Shown here: in pieces, positions 8,949-17,831 of the stretch | Numbering within the stretch: the first letter of the stretch is position 1 | Layout: each line of letters opens with the position of its first letter | Source: Deltaproteobacteria bacterium | Lineage (GTDB): Bacteria > Desulfobacterota > GWC2-55-46 > UBA9637 | Direction: 5' to 3' | NCBI GenBank assembly: GCA_016219285.1 | Contig: JACRNJ010000032.1 | Location: 21,721-85,720 of the forward strand | Length of the DNA stretch: 64,000 bases | Position numbers and translations under genes: made by a program | Notes under the pieces: generated by a model | What the model saw: the letters and a program-made list of their open reading frames with translations, nothing else | Database searches by the model: none | Told to the model about the DNA's origin: nothing

Positions 8949-9839
8949 ATGGCCAAAACCTTGAAATACGCCTACTACCCCGGTTGTGCATCCCAGGCAG
9001 TAACAAAAGAGGCGAATTCAACAACCCGGAAGGTTGCCAAAATACTTGGTATAGAACTCCATGATATGCCAAAGGCAAACTGCTGCGGTGCTGGCCTCTT
9101 GACCGACTACGACTATGACCTTTCTGTCGCCCTGAATGCAAGGATCTTTGCGCAGGCAGAGGAGATAGGCATGGATATAATGACTATATGCTCCACATGC
9201 CTTATGGTGATGTCAACGGCAAACAGGGATTTAAAAAGCGACCCAAAGCTTTTAGAAAAGACAAATGCAATATTGGCAGCGGCAGGTTTACGATACAATG
9301 GCACTATAGAGGTAAAACAGCTTCTTTGGGTTTTAGCTGAAGATTATGGGTTGGAGAATTTGAAGAAGAAAGTGGCAATGCCGTTAAAGAATCTGAAAGT
9401 AGCTCCATTTTACGGATGCCATTCCTTAAGGCCGTCAGATGCATTGGGGTTTGATGACCCTGAAAGGACGTGGTCTCTGGAGGCGGTAATTACAATACTT
9501 GGGGCAGAGGTAGTAGAGTATGAAGGGAAAAACAAGTGCTGCGGATTTCAGGTGGATATGATAACAGAGGATACGGCAGTGGAGATGACAGGAAAGAGGC
9601 TTTTGGATGCTAAAAATGAAGGTGGAAATTGCATGGTTACACCGTGCCCTTTCTGTCATATAAACCTTGACAATTATCAGGGTATGGCAGAGAGAAAACT
9701 AAATATGAAGATAGGCATGCCGGTTTTTCATCTTGCTCAATTGGTTGGCCTTGCCATGGGTATGACAGCCGAGGATCTGGAGCTGTCAAGGCATCTTGTG
9801 TCAGCGAAGGATGTCCTGAAGGAGGCAAATCTTTTATAG
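8949..9839 (+). CDS. CCG-domain protein (HdrB / SdhE / GlpC-like cysteine-rich subunit)
   Basis: Two CCG-type cysteine-rich domains: CxnCCGAG ... CSTC, and CxnCCGF ... CPFC. It pairs with the upstream FrdB-like gene. Confidence 0.7.
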   Translation: MAKTLKYAYYPGCASQAVTKEANSTTRKVAKILGIELHDMPKANCCGAGLLTDYDYDLSVALNARIFAQAEEIGMDIMTICSTCLMVMSTANRDLKSDPKLLEKTNAILAAAGLRYNGTIEVKQLLWVLAEDYGLENLKKKVAMPLKNLKVAPFYGCHSLRPSDALGFDDPERTWSLEAVITILGAEVVEYEGKNKCCGFQVDMITEDTAVEMTGKRLLDAKNEGGNCMVTPCPFCHINLDNYQGMAERKLNMKIGMPVFHLAQLVGLAMGMTAEDLELSRHLVSAKDVLKEANLL

Positions 9840-9878
9840 CGTTCTAAATTGGAGGCTTTGAGGCAAAACCCATGAAAT

Positions 9879-9963
9879 CCCATCCCCACCTTTGTCCTCC
9901 CCTTGAAGGGGAGGAAACTATTTTCCTCTCCCTCAGGGAGAGGATGAAGGTGAGGGTGGGGTT
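9879..9963. repeat. about 88 bp structured palindromic element (copy B, reverse complement of copy A)
   Basis: cccatccccacc...ccccttgaaggggagg...ctccctcagggagagg...ggtgagggtggggtt. This is the reverse complement of 8749-8836, so the pair brackets the CCG gene in inverted orientation. Confidence 0.8.
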
Positions 9964-10025
9964 AAGGGATTTAATGTAAGGTCTCCTATTTTCTACGCTA
10001 CCAAATCTTTTATTAGGAGGTTAAT

Positions 10026-10679
10026 TTGAGCCTTTTTATCACATTTGAAGGAGTTGAGGGAAGCGGAAAAACAACGCAGATGGAGATGTTGAAAGAACAT
10101 CTGGAATGGAAAGGTTTCCATGTTGTTTCTACAAGGGAACCCGGTGGAACAGAACTGGGTGAAAAAATAAGAGGTGTGCTCTTAAATATGGAAGGCCAAA
10201 CTATTGCCCCATGGTCAGAACTTTTACTTTATGAAGTTTGCAGAGCGCAACTGGTTAGCGAGGTCATAAAGCCAGCGCTTCTTGATAAAAAAATAGTTTT
10301 ATGCGACAGATTTGCAGATTCTACTATAGTCTATCAAGGCTGTGTCAGAGGCCTAAACCTTGAGGCGATTGCCAGCCTTAATGAGTGGGTAAGTCAGGGT
10401 GTAATGCCAACCATTACATTTATTATAGATTGTCAGCCTGAAATTGGATTGAAACGCGCATTGGCACGGATAGACACCCGGCCAAACGGCAATAAGGAGG
10501 ATCGTTTTGAAAGGGAAAATATAGAGTTTCATAAACGTATACGGGACGGCTATCTGCAATTAGCTAAAGAATCGCCGGATAGAATTAAGGTTATAAACGG
10601 AAATAGAGATATTCCTGTAATTCACAAGGAGATATGTGGTATACTGGACACAAAATTTGAGGCGATGGGGGAGAAATAG
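10026..10679 (+). CDS. tmk: thymidylate kinase
   Basis: P-loop FEGVEGSGKTTQ, a DRF/DRY region, and a length of 217 aa. Gene order tmk-holB matches Bacillus. Confidence 0.9.
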   Translation: MSLFITFEGVEGSGKTTQMEMLKEHLEWKGFHVVSTREPGGTELGEKIRGVLLNMEGQTIAPWSELLLYEVCRAQLVSEVIKPALLDKKIVLCDRFADSTIVYQGCVRGLNLEAIASLNEWVSQGVMPTITFIIDCQPEIGLKRALARIDTRPNGNKEDRFERENIEFHKRIRDGYLQLAKESPDRIKVINGNRDIPVIHKEICGILDTKFEAMGEK

Positions 10680-10800
10680 GTATAATGCCAAATGTCAAAA
10701 TCCAAATTACAAATAAATTTCAAATGATAAATCTCAAATGACAAATTTAACGTTTGAATTTTGAAATTTGGGTTTTATTTGACATTTGGATTTTGATATT
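10680..10800. repeat. intergenic heptamer-type tandem/inverted simple repeat (caaatg/caaat units)
   Basis: aaatgtcaaaatccaaattacaaataaatttcaaatgataaatctcaaatgacaaattt ... followed by its near reverse complement, giving a long imperfect palindrome. Confidence 0.8.
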
Positions 10801-10820
10801 TGGATTTGTCTATCTATATT

Positions 10821-11882
10821 ATGTCATTCAAAGATATTTTAGGACATGATAGAGAAATAAGCATTTTGAAGAAAGCCATTTCAAATAATAGAGTTGCTCA
10901 TTCATTTTTATTTGCTGGGCATGAAGGGATAGGCAAACGGCTTGTTGCCATTTCCGTTGCAAAGGCGCTTAACTGCTCTGCTGCAAACAAGAGCCCCTCC
11001 TTATCGCCATTTAACAAAACAGGATGTGATGGAAGTAATAATGATTTTTGCGGGGTTTGTCAAAACTGCAAGGATATAGAGGCCTCTTCATACAGCGATG
11101 TCTTTCTGATTGAGCCGAGAGAGCCGGAATCCAAGGGCGGGAAAATAGACCATATAGCCGGCACAATAAAGATTGATGCTGTGAGAGATGTTCAGCAAAG
11201 GCTGTCTTACAGGGCAGCAAGAGGCGGCAAAAAGGTGTGTATAGTAGACTGCGCCGAGAAGATGAATAAAGAGGCTCAGAATGCATTCCTTAAAACACTT
11301 GAAGAGCCACCTTCTGATTCCATTATAATATTGGTTGTTAGCGATGGCGGAGCCATTTTGCCGACAATAACTTCTCGCTGCCAAAGGATCAATTTTACCC
11401 CGCTGCCGCAAAATGTTATGCTTGACATAGTCGGAGAACGATTGGGGGCAGCAAAAGAAACTGCTGTGCTGCTTGCTTGTTTGAGTGGAGGCAGCATAGG
11501 AAAGGCATTAAACTTGGATATGGATACCATGCTTGAACAAAGGAAAAAGATTGTTGAAGTATTATCACGGTTATCTTTGGATGATGCAGAAGGAATGTTC
11601 AAAGCAGCTGAAAAGATATCAAAAGGAGAGAGGCCTGTAGAGTCTCTGGAGTTTCTCAAAATATGGTATAGAGATATTGCGATATTAAAGGAAGGTGTGG
11701 AGGATATGGTTGTAAATTCAGACCTCCTGCCTGTTTTAAGACAGCATATGGAGCGCCAAACTTTTTCAAGGCTTATATCCGATTTTCAAATGGTGCTAAA
11801 TGCCCAATCTGATATTATGCCGCCAAGGTATGCAAATAAACAATTGACTATTGAAAATTTGCTTATGCAGCTTGCCACATAA
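10821..11882 (+). CDS. holB: DNA polymerase III subunit delta-prime
   Basis: AAA+ clamp-loader N-terminus (AHSFLFAGHEGIGKRLVA), a zinc-module-like CxxC...CxxC segment, and a SRC-like TSRCQ motif. Follows tmk. Confidence 0.8.
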   Translation: MSFKDILGHDREISILKKAISNNRVAHSFLFAGHEGIGKRLVAISVAKALNCSAANKSPSLSPFNKTGCDGSNNDFCGVCQNCKDIEASSYSDVFLIEPREPESKGGKIDHIAGTIKIDAVRDVQQRLSYRAARGGKKVCIVDCAEKMNKEAQNAFLKTLEEPPSDSIIILVVSDGGAILPTITSRCQRINFTPLPQNVMLDIVGERLGAAKETAVLLACLSGGSIGKALNLDMDTMLEQRKKIVEVLSRLSLDDAEGMFKAAEKISKGERPVESLEFLKIWYRDIAILKEGVEDMVVNSDLLPVLRQHMERQTFSRLISDFQMVLNAQSDIMPPRYANKQLTIENLLMQLAT

Positions 11883-12075
11883 TGATTTACGAATTACGAT
11901 TTACGAATTACGATTTTAAATACTTCACCTTACTTGCAAATCATAAATCTATACACAGCGACATAAATAGTTGCGCATACAGAGCGTCAGAACAAAGCAG
12001 ACCGAGGAGCAACACAGGTATGCGAAGTTATGACGCTCTGTATAAAATCGTAAATCATAATGGAGGATTGATATA

Positions 12076-12816
12076 ATGCCAAAGGTAGTAGGCGTAAGGT
12101 TTAAAAGGGCGTGCAAAATATATGATTTTGATGTCAATAATCTGGAGCTTAAAACTGGCGAACAGGTCGTTGTGGAGACACAAAAGGGGATGGGTCTGGG
12201 TTGGGTTGCGCGCAGCCCGCTTGACAAACCTGCCCCTGCAAGCAGTAAGCAGAGGGACGAGACAAACCTTGTTCAGCCGTTGAAAAAAGTAATAAGGAAG
12301 GCTACAGGTGGAGATAGGGAGCGGTTTGAATTCAACAAAGAGATGGAAGATGAAGCAGCTGCTGTATGCAGGAAAGAGATAGCCAAACACGGCCTTTCCA
12401 TGAAACTTGTAAATGTAGAATACCTTTTTGACTCAAGCAAGGTCATATTTTCATTTATTTCAGAAAACAGAGTTGATTTCAGGGATCTGGTCAAAGATAT
12501 GGCTAACGAGCTTCATACGAGAATAGAAATGCGTCAGATAGGGGTCAGGGATGAGGCTAAGATGTTAGGCGGTGTGGGCCCATGCGGAAGAATGCTCTGC
12601 TGTTCAACTCATCTTGTGGATTTTGAACCGGTAAGCGTTAAAATGGCAAAAGAGCAAAATATCTCTCTCAATCCTGCAAAGTTGTCAGGTGTTTGCGGCA
12701 GGCTTATGTGCTGTCTTTCGTATGAAGCATCGCAAGATGCCTGTGATTCAGGTTCAAATTGTTGCCATTCTCATAAGCCAGAACAAAGCCAACCATCCTC
12801 TTTACCAGGGGCATAA
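12076..12816 (+). CDS. PSP1 C-terminal domain protein (YaaT/RicT-like)
   Basis: Conserved PSP1 N-terminal region (VVGVRFKRACKIYDFD...) and a Cys-rich C-terminus (CGRMLCCSTH...CGRLMCCLSYE). Position after holB is as in Bacillus yaaT. Confidence 0.75.
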   Translation: MPKVVGVRFKRACKIYDFDVNNLELKTGEQVVVETQKGMGLGWVARSPLDKPAPASSKQRDETNLVQPLKKVIRKATGGDRERFEFNKEMEDEAAAVCRKEIAKHGLSMKLVNVEYLFDSSKVIFSFISENRVDFRDLVKDMANELHTRIEMRQIGVRDEAKMLGGVGPCGRMLCCSTHLVDFEPVSVKMAKEQNISLNPAKLSGVCGRLMCCLSYEASQDACDSGSNCCHSHKPEQSQPSSLPGA

Positions 12817-12822
12817 ATCCAG

Positions 12823-14367
12823 ATGCAGCAAAACAAGAAGGTATTTTACATAACAACGCCCATCTATTATGTCAATGATGTGCCGCATATCGGCCATGCT
12901 TATACCACCGTTGCAGCGGACTGCCTTGCAAGGTATAAAAGGCTCAAGGGGCGCAATGTCCTTTTTCTGACCGGCACGGATGAACATGGACAGAAGGTGG
13001 AGAAGGCCGCAAAGGACAGGGGAAGGACTCCAAAGGAACATGCAGACCTGATGGTGGATAATTTCAAGAACCTCTGGAAAACCTTAAATATAACCAACGA
13101 TGCATTCATACGGACGACAGATGATGGGCATAAAAATATTGTAAGAGAAGTTCTCCAGAAGCTGTGGGGCAAAGGAGAGATAGAGAAACGTTCATATCAA
13201 GGGCTCTACTGTACGCCGTGCGAGAGATTTTGGACAGAAAAGGATATTACGGAAGGCAGCTGTCCTGATTGCAAACGGCCTGTTGAACATATAGAAGAAG
13301 AGAATTATTTCTTCCTCATGTCAAAGTATCAGACGAGGCTTGTTGAACATATAGAAAAGAATCCCGGGTTTATACTTCCGGAGATGAGAAGAAATGAGGC
13401 GTTGGGCTTTCTCAAAAACAGAATCCTTGGAGACCTCTGCATATCACGGCCAAAGGCCAGACTTGCGTGGGGCATACCTCTTCCCTTTGATGAAAACTAC
13501 ACCACCTATGTCTGGTTTGACGCCCTGCTGAACTATTATTCCGCCACGAAATATCTTGCGCCCACAGATACAGAGTGGTGGCCTGCCGACCATCATCTTA
13601 TTGGAAAAGACATCCTTACTACCCATGCGGTTTATTGGTCTACCATGCTTATGGCCCTTGACATGAACCTGCCAAAGAATGTCTTTGCCCACGGCTGGTG
13701 GACCGTGGAAGGCCAGAAGATGAGCAAGTCTCTGGGAAATGTGGTTGACCCAAATGAGATAATTGATAAATACGGTGTTGACCAGTTCCGATATTTCTTA
13801 TTGCGTGAGGTTCCGTTCGGACTTGATGGAGATTTTTCAGTAAATGCATTGAAGGGAAGGATAAACGGGGATTTGGCCAATGATCTGGGGAATTTATTGA
13901 GCCGAGCGCTAACAATGATTGAAAAATATTGCGAGGGTAAAATTCCTGCTTATAGCTTTAATATTAGTACGGAACAGCAGAGTGAAGCCAATATCAAAAA
14001 CCGTTTTCCTATTGATATAGACCTTCACATGGGCAACCTTCAATTCCATCTGGTTTTGTTTGATATATGGTCTGTTATAAATAGTATGAACAGATATATT
14101 GAAGAAACTACGCCGTGGAAGGTATATAAACAAGGAAATAAAATAAAACTCAACGACATTCTTTACACCCTTGCCCAAGGTTTGAGAATAATTGCAATTT
14201 ATCTTTATCCCTTCATGCCATCCACTGCTGAAAAGATATGGCAACAGCTTGGCTTGGAAAAAAGTTTCAAAGGCATAGATTTTGATGAAGAAGTAACATG
14301 GGGCAAAGACATCAGCGGCACAAAGGTGTGTAAAGGAGATGTGCTGTTTCCTAAAGTAGAGACTTAA
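12823..14367 (+). CDS. metG: methionine--tRNA ligase
   Basis: HIGH motif (PHIGHAYT), a zinc knuckle CTPCERF...CPDCKRP, and KMSKS. Length 514 aa. Confidence 0.95.
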   Translation: MQQNKKVFYITTPIYYVNDVPHIGHAYTTVAADCLARYKRLKGRNVLFLTGTDEHGQKVEKAAKDRGRTPKEHADLMVDNFKNLWKTLNITNDAFIRTTDDGHKNIVREVLQKLWGKGEIEKRSYQGLYCTPCERFWTEKDITEGSCPDCKRPVEHIEEENYFFLMSKYQTRLVEHIEKNPGFILPEMRRNEALGFLKNRILGDLCISRPKARLAWGIPLPFDENYTTYVWFDALLNYYSATKYLAPTDTEWWPADHHLIGKDILTTHAVYWSTMLMALDMNLPKNVFAHGWWTVEGQKMSKSLGNVVDPNEIIDKYGVDQFRYFLLREVPFGLDGDFSVNALKGRINGDLANDLGNLLSRALTMIEKYCEGKIPAYSFNISTEQQSEANIKNRFPIDIDLHMGNLQFHLVLFDIWSVINSMNRYIEETTPWKVYKQGNKIKLNDILYTLAQGLRIIAIYLYPFMPSTAEKIWQQLGLEKSFKGIDFDEEVTWGKDISGTKVCKGDVLFPKVET

Positions 14368-14383
14368 AGATTTCAAACCTATA

Positions 14384-14622
14384 GTCAGCGACATAAATTT
14401 GTAGTATGCCGATTTACCCCGTTAGAAGCTTTTCAATTGAAGATTTTGATGAAACTTTATTAACATTAACTCCCTTAAAATGAACTTCTAACGGGGTTTA
14501 TCGGCGATTTTAAACTTGTCCCCGCAGGCTTTAAGCTGGGATACGCCCATGGGGGCACCCAACAGAAAGTTGGGTCGGGCAAACTACATCTACATTATTT
14601 TTATCGTCAACTATAAAGCCTT
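14384..14622. mobile_element. composite/nested MITE-like element (family: gtagtNtgcc...caaactac) directly after the metG stop
   Basis: Shares both ends (agcgacataaatttgtagt...ggcacccaacagaaNgttgggtcgggcaaactac...atttttNtcgtc) with the 45190-45312 copy. It carries an extra internal inverted-repeat insert (ccccgttagaag...cttctaacgggg). Confidence 0.8.
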
Positions 14623-14640
14623 GATAACACAGGAGATGCT

Positions 14641-15096
14641 ATGAAAAACTTACTGACTTTATTCACAATGCTTGCCTTTATTTCCAGTTGTTCAAAAGGA
14701 AACAATGCAGATGTGAAACCTGCTCAGGATAAGAAGCCTGCCAGAGTTGTGAAGTTGAATGTAGATATGACCGAGGAACAGAGACTTCAGAAGGCTGCGG
14801 ACAGTGGATATCAGTCATGGAGGAACAGCCCTGTAGATGTTGCGCAAGCCGCGCTTGTGAACGCAGGGGCAAATGTAAATATGGCGGACTGCAGATTATT
14901 GTCAGAGAAGGTAGACGAGGCAGTGGTTTCAGCAAGCAATAAAAAAGGCAGCTATAAGGTTATCTGTAAAAGAGTTGTAAAGGATGGAGGTATATGGACT
15001 GCAACAGAAGTTGAGGTCGGTGAATTATCAGGTGAAGCCGGCCATCAAATAGGTGGAGAAAATATGGAACATGAGCATAGGGAGCATGAACATTAA
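14641..15096 (+). CDS. lipoprotein with His-rich C-terminal tail, function unknown
   Basis: Signal peptide plus lipobox (FISSCSK). The C-terminus is GENMEHEHREHEH. Confidence 0.45.
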   Translation: MKNLLTLFTMLAFISSCSKGNNADVKPAQDKKPARVVKLNVDMTEEQRLQKAADSGYQSWRNSPVDVAQAALVNAGANVNMADCRLLSEKVDEAVVSASNKKGSYKVICKRVVKDGGIWTATEVEVGELSGEAGHQIGGENMEHEHREHEH

Positions 15097-15174
15097 AGAA
15101 AAGGTTAAGGCTGAGGTTAAGGTGAATGTATTTCTCAACCTTAACCTGTCTTTAGTATAGGTTAGGTTACCATA

Positions 15175-16599
15175 TTGTCAAACCAATATAAACTCATAGA
15201 CACCCATGCCCATCTTGACGACCCTAAATTTAAGAACGACCTGGATGACGTGATAAAAAGGGCAAAGGATGCAGGCGTTGGACATATAATCACTGTAGGC
15301 ACATGGCAAATTGAAAAAGGACTCAAGCATGTTGCAGAGCTTGCCGATGAATACGATTTTATCTATACTGCCCTTGGTGTTCATCCACATGATGCCAAAG
15401 ATGCAAATGATGACGCATTTAATGAAATCAAGGAACTGGCGCTCCATCCAAAGGTTATCGCCATTGGCGAAACAGGGCTTGATTATCATTACGAACACTC
15501 GCCGAGGGATGTTCAAAAAGCAGTATTTGCAAGGCAAATCCAAATAGCCCGTGAATTAAATCTGCCTCTTACCATTCACAGCAGGGAAGCACAGAACGAC
15601 ACTTTGGATATGCTTGCGCAGGAAGGTGTCAGAGACATCGGAGGTGTTTTGCATTGTTTTTCCGGCAGCTATGAAATGGCAAAGAAATGCCTTGATATGG
15701 GTCTCTATCTCTCCTTTACAGGTGTTGTCACATTTCCAAAGGCGGCAAATGTCCATGAGGTTGTAAAAAAGATTCCTATTGAAAGAATGCTCCTTGAAAC
15801 CGATTGCCCGTATCTGGCTCCTGAGCCGCACAGGGGCAAGAGGAATGAACCGGCATTTGTTGCAGAAACTGGAAAAAGGATTTCTGAGATAAAGGGATTA
15901 TCGTTTGACGATGTGGCAAGGATTACCACATTAAATGCAAAGGAACTATTCGGCATTGAGAAAGAAAATAAAGAAACCAGAATAGCGTATCCCATCAGGA
16001 ATTCACTTTACCTCAATATCACCAACCGATGCACCAACTACTGCACATTCTGCGCAAAGCATGCCCCCGCAGGCTTTAAGCGGGGGTCGAATGATTATAC
16101 TGTCAAGGGTCATTATTTGAGATTGAAGCAAGAGCCGGTCTTTCTTGATGTAATAATGGCTGTGGGCGACAGGCCTGCTGAAAAATATAACGAGATTGTA
16201 TTTTGCGGGTTTGGCGAGCCGCTTATAAGACTCGACCTTGTTAAAGAGGTTGGATTGTTTCTAAAAAAACAGGGTTGTAAGATACGGATAGATACAGACG
16301 GCCTTGCCAATCTTGTTCATGAAAGAAATATCCTGCCTGAACTTAAGTTTGTGGATACAATCTCCGTAAGTCTCAATGCCCCGGATTCAGCAACATATCA
16401 AAAACTCATCAAAACACCATTTGGCGACAAGGCATTTCCTGCCATAGTTTGGTTTTTGAAAGAGGCAAAAAAGCATATTTCAACGGTTGTTGCCACCGTA
16501 GTTGCTGTGCCAGAACTTGATATAGAGCCGTGCAGGAAATTGGCCGAAGATGAGCTCGGCGTTGGTTTCAGGGTGAGGGAGTATGATGAGGTGGGATAA
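15175..16599 (+). CDS. tatD: fusion protein: TatD-family metal-dependent hydrolase (N-terminal) plus TatD-associated radical SAM domain (C-terminal)
   Basis: TTG start. N-terminus DTHAHLDD ... GLDYHY ... ETDCPYL is a TatD fold. The C-terminal part of about 200 aa has CTNYCTFC (CxxxCxxC) and GFGEPL, a radical SAM core. It forms a single uninterrupted ORF of 474 aa downstream of metG, as Bacillus metS-yabD. Confidence 0.8.
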   Translation: MSNQYKLIDTHAHLDDPKFKNDLDDVIKRAKDAGVGHIITVGTWQIEKGLKHVAELADEYDFIYTALGVHPHDAKDANDDAFNEIKELALHPKVIAIGETGLDYHYEHSPRDVQKAVFARQIQIARELNLPLTIHSREAQNDTLDMLAQEGVRDIGGVLHCFSGSYEMAKKCLDMGLYLSFTGVVTFPKAANVHEVVKKIPIERMLLETDCPYLAPEPHRGKRNEPAFVAETGKRISEIKGLSFDDVARITTLNAKELFGIEKENKETRIAYPIRNSLYLNITNRCTNYCTFCAKHAPAGFKRGSNDYTVKGHYLRLKQEPVFLDVIMAVGDRPAEKYNEIVFCGFGEPLIRLDLVKEVGLFLKKQGCKIRIDTDGLANLVHERNILPELKFVDTISVSLNAPDSATYQKLIKTPFGDKAFPAIVWFLKEAKKHISTVVATVVAVPELDIEPCRKLAEDELGVGFRVREYDEVG

Positions 16600-16745
16600 A
16601 TACAAATTCCAAATTGCAAATCCCAAATAGCAAATAAATCTCAATCACCAATTCCCAATTTCCCAATCATATCCTTTGTTTGGCTATTGTAATTTGGTCA
16701 TTGGTTATTATTTGAATATTGATGCTTGCAATTTGGCGCTTATAT

Positions 16746-17831
16746 TTAATCCTTATATTTCTCAAATATCTCATCAAATGTTGAAGCAGGGAGTTCAATA
16801 AATGTCTTAAGCACTTCAGGGTCAAAGTGTTTCGGTTTTGTTCTTCCGTCACCCTCGGTTATTATTTTACAGGTTTCATTGTGGCTGAGAGGTTTTTTAT
16901 AAGGCCTTTTGCTCCTTAATGCGTCATACTGGTCAACGATTATAGTTATCCTGCCTTCTATTGGTATTCCCTCGCCTTTCAATCCTTGAGGGTATCCTGT
17001 GCCGTCCCATCTTTCGTGATGATTCAAGGCCACGGTTGCCGCCATCTGCAGATGAGGATGCATGGAATCTGCCATCATCTGCTTGCCTATGGTGGTATGC
17101 ATTTTCATAATATTGAACTCTTCCGGTGTGAGAGGGCCTGGCTTTAAGAGAATGTTATCAGAGATGCCTATCTTACCAATGTCATGCATGCTGCTTGCAA
17201 GGGTTATTGTCTCTATAAAATCTTTAGACATGCTCAACGTTTCTGCCAGTTTGCCGGAATACGCCCCTATCCTTTTAATATGCGCCCCGGTATCAATGTC
17301 CCTGTATTCAGATAGCACGGTCAGGCGGTGAACTACCTCTGTATTCATGCTCTTGACCATGATAAGGGCTTCAGCAAGTTCCTGTGTTCTTTCTTTTATA
17401 TCTTTTTCAAGTCTAAATTTATAATTTTTCTCCATCTGCATAAGCCTGTAATAGTCAACCGCCTTTTTTATGGAATGGGTAAGATAAGCAGTATCATAGG
17501 GTTTGAGAATAAAATCAGCCGCCCCTTTTTTAATGGCTTCAACTGCCATATTTAACTCTGCGTATCCGGTCATTAAAATTACCGGAATCTCCTTATTGAA
17601 GATGTGGATTTTTTCAAGAAGCTCAATGCCTGTCATCTCAGGCATGTTTATATCGCTCAGTACCACATCAAACTGTTTTTTTTGCAATTCAGCCAATGCC
17701 TCCCTGGCATTATCACAGGTAGCAACAAGATAACCTGACTCCCCGAAAATCAGAGAGGTGGCTTTAAGCACAGCAGGGTCATCGTCTACAATAATCATTG
17801 AAATCTGGTTTTCTATGTTTACAAGGGTCAT
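16746..17831 (-). CDS. response regulator with HD-GYP phosphodiesterase output domain
   Basis: REC domain (IVDDDP...DVVLSDINMPEMTG) followed by an HD-GYP domain (HDIGKIGI...HHERWDGTGYP). Confidence 0.85.
   Translation of the reverse strand: MTLVNIENQISMIIVDDDPAVLKATSLIFGESGYLVATCDNAREALAELQKKQFDVVLSDINMPEMTGIELLEKIHIFNKEIPVILMTGYAELNMAVEAIKKGAADFILKPYDTAYLTHSIKKAVDYYRLMQMEKNYKFRLEKDIKERTQELAEALIMVKSMNTEVVHRLTVLSEYRDIDTGAHIKRIGAYSGKLAETLSMSKDFIETITLASSMHDIGKIGISDNILLKPGPLTPEEFNIMKMHTTIGKQMMADSMHPHLQMAATVALNHHERWDGTGYPQGLKGEGIPIEGRITIIVDQYDALRSKRPYKKPLSHNETCKIITEGDGRTKPKHFDPEVLKTFIELPASTFDEIFEKYKD

Noticed and set aside
10680-10800. Possible CRISPR array among the many short tandem repeats
   Set aside because: Units are 7-14 bp with no unique spacers, no 25-40 bp repeat periodicity, and no cas genes anywhere in the window. 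They are simple-sequence or palindromic repeats, not CRISPR.
11882-12076. 64 aa ORF MIYELRFTNYDFKYF...
   Set aside because: It is encoded by the attacga tandem repeat and a MITE fragment between holB and yaaT, so it is a repeat artefact, although the same repeat does provide the modA start.
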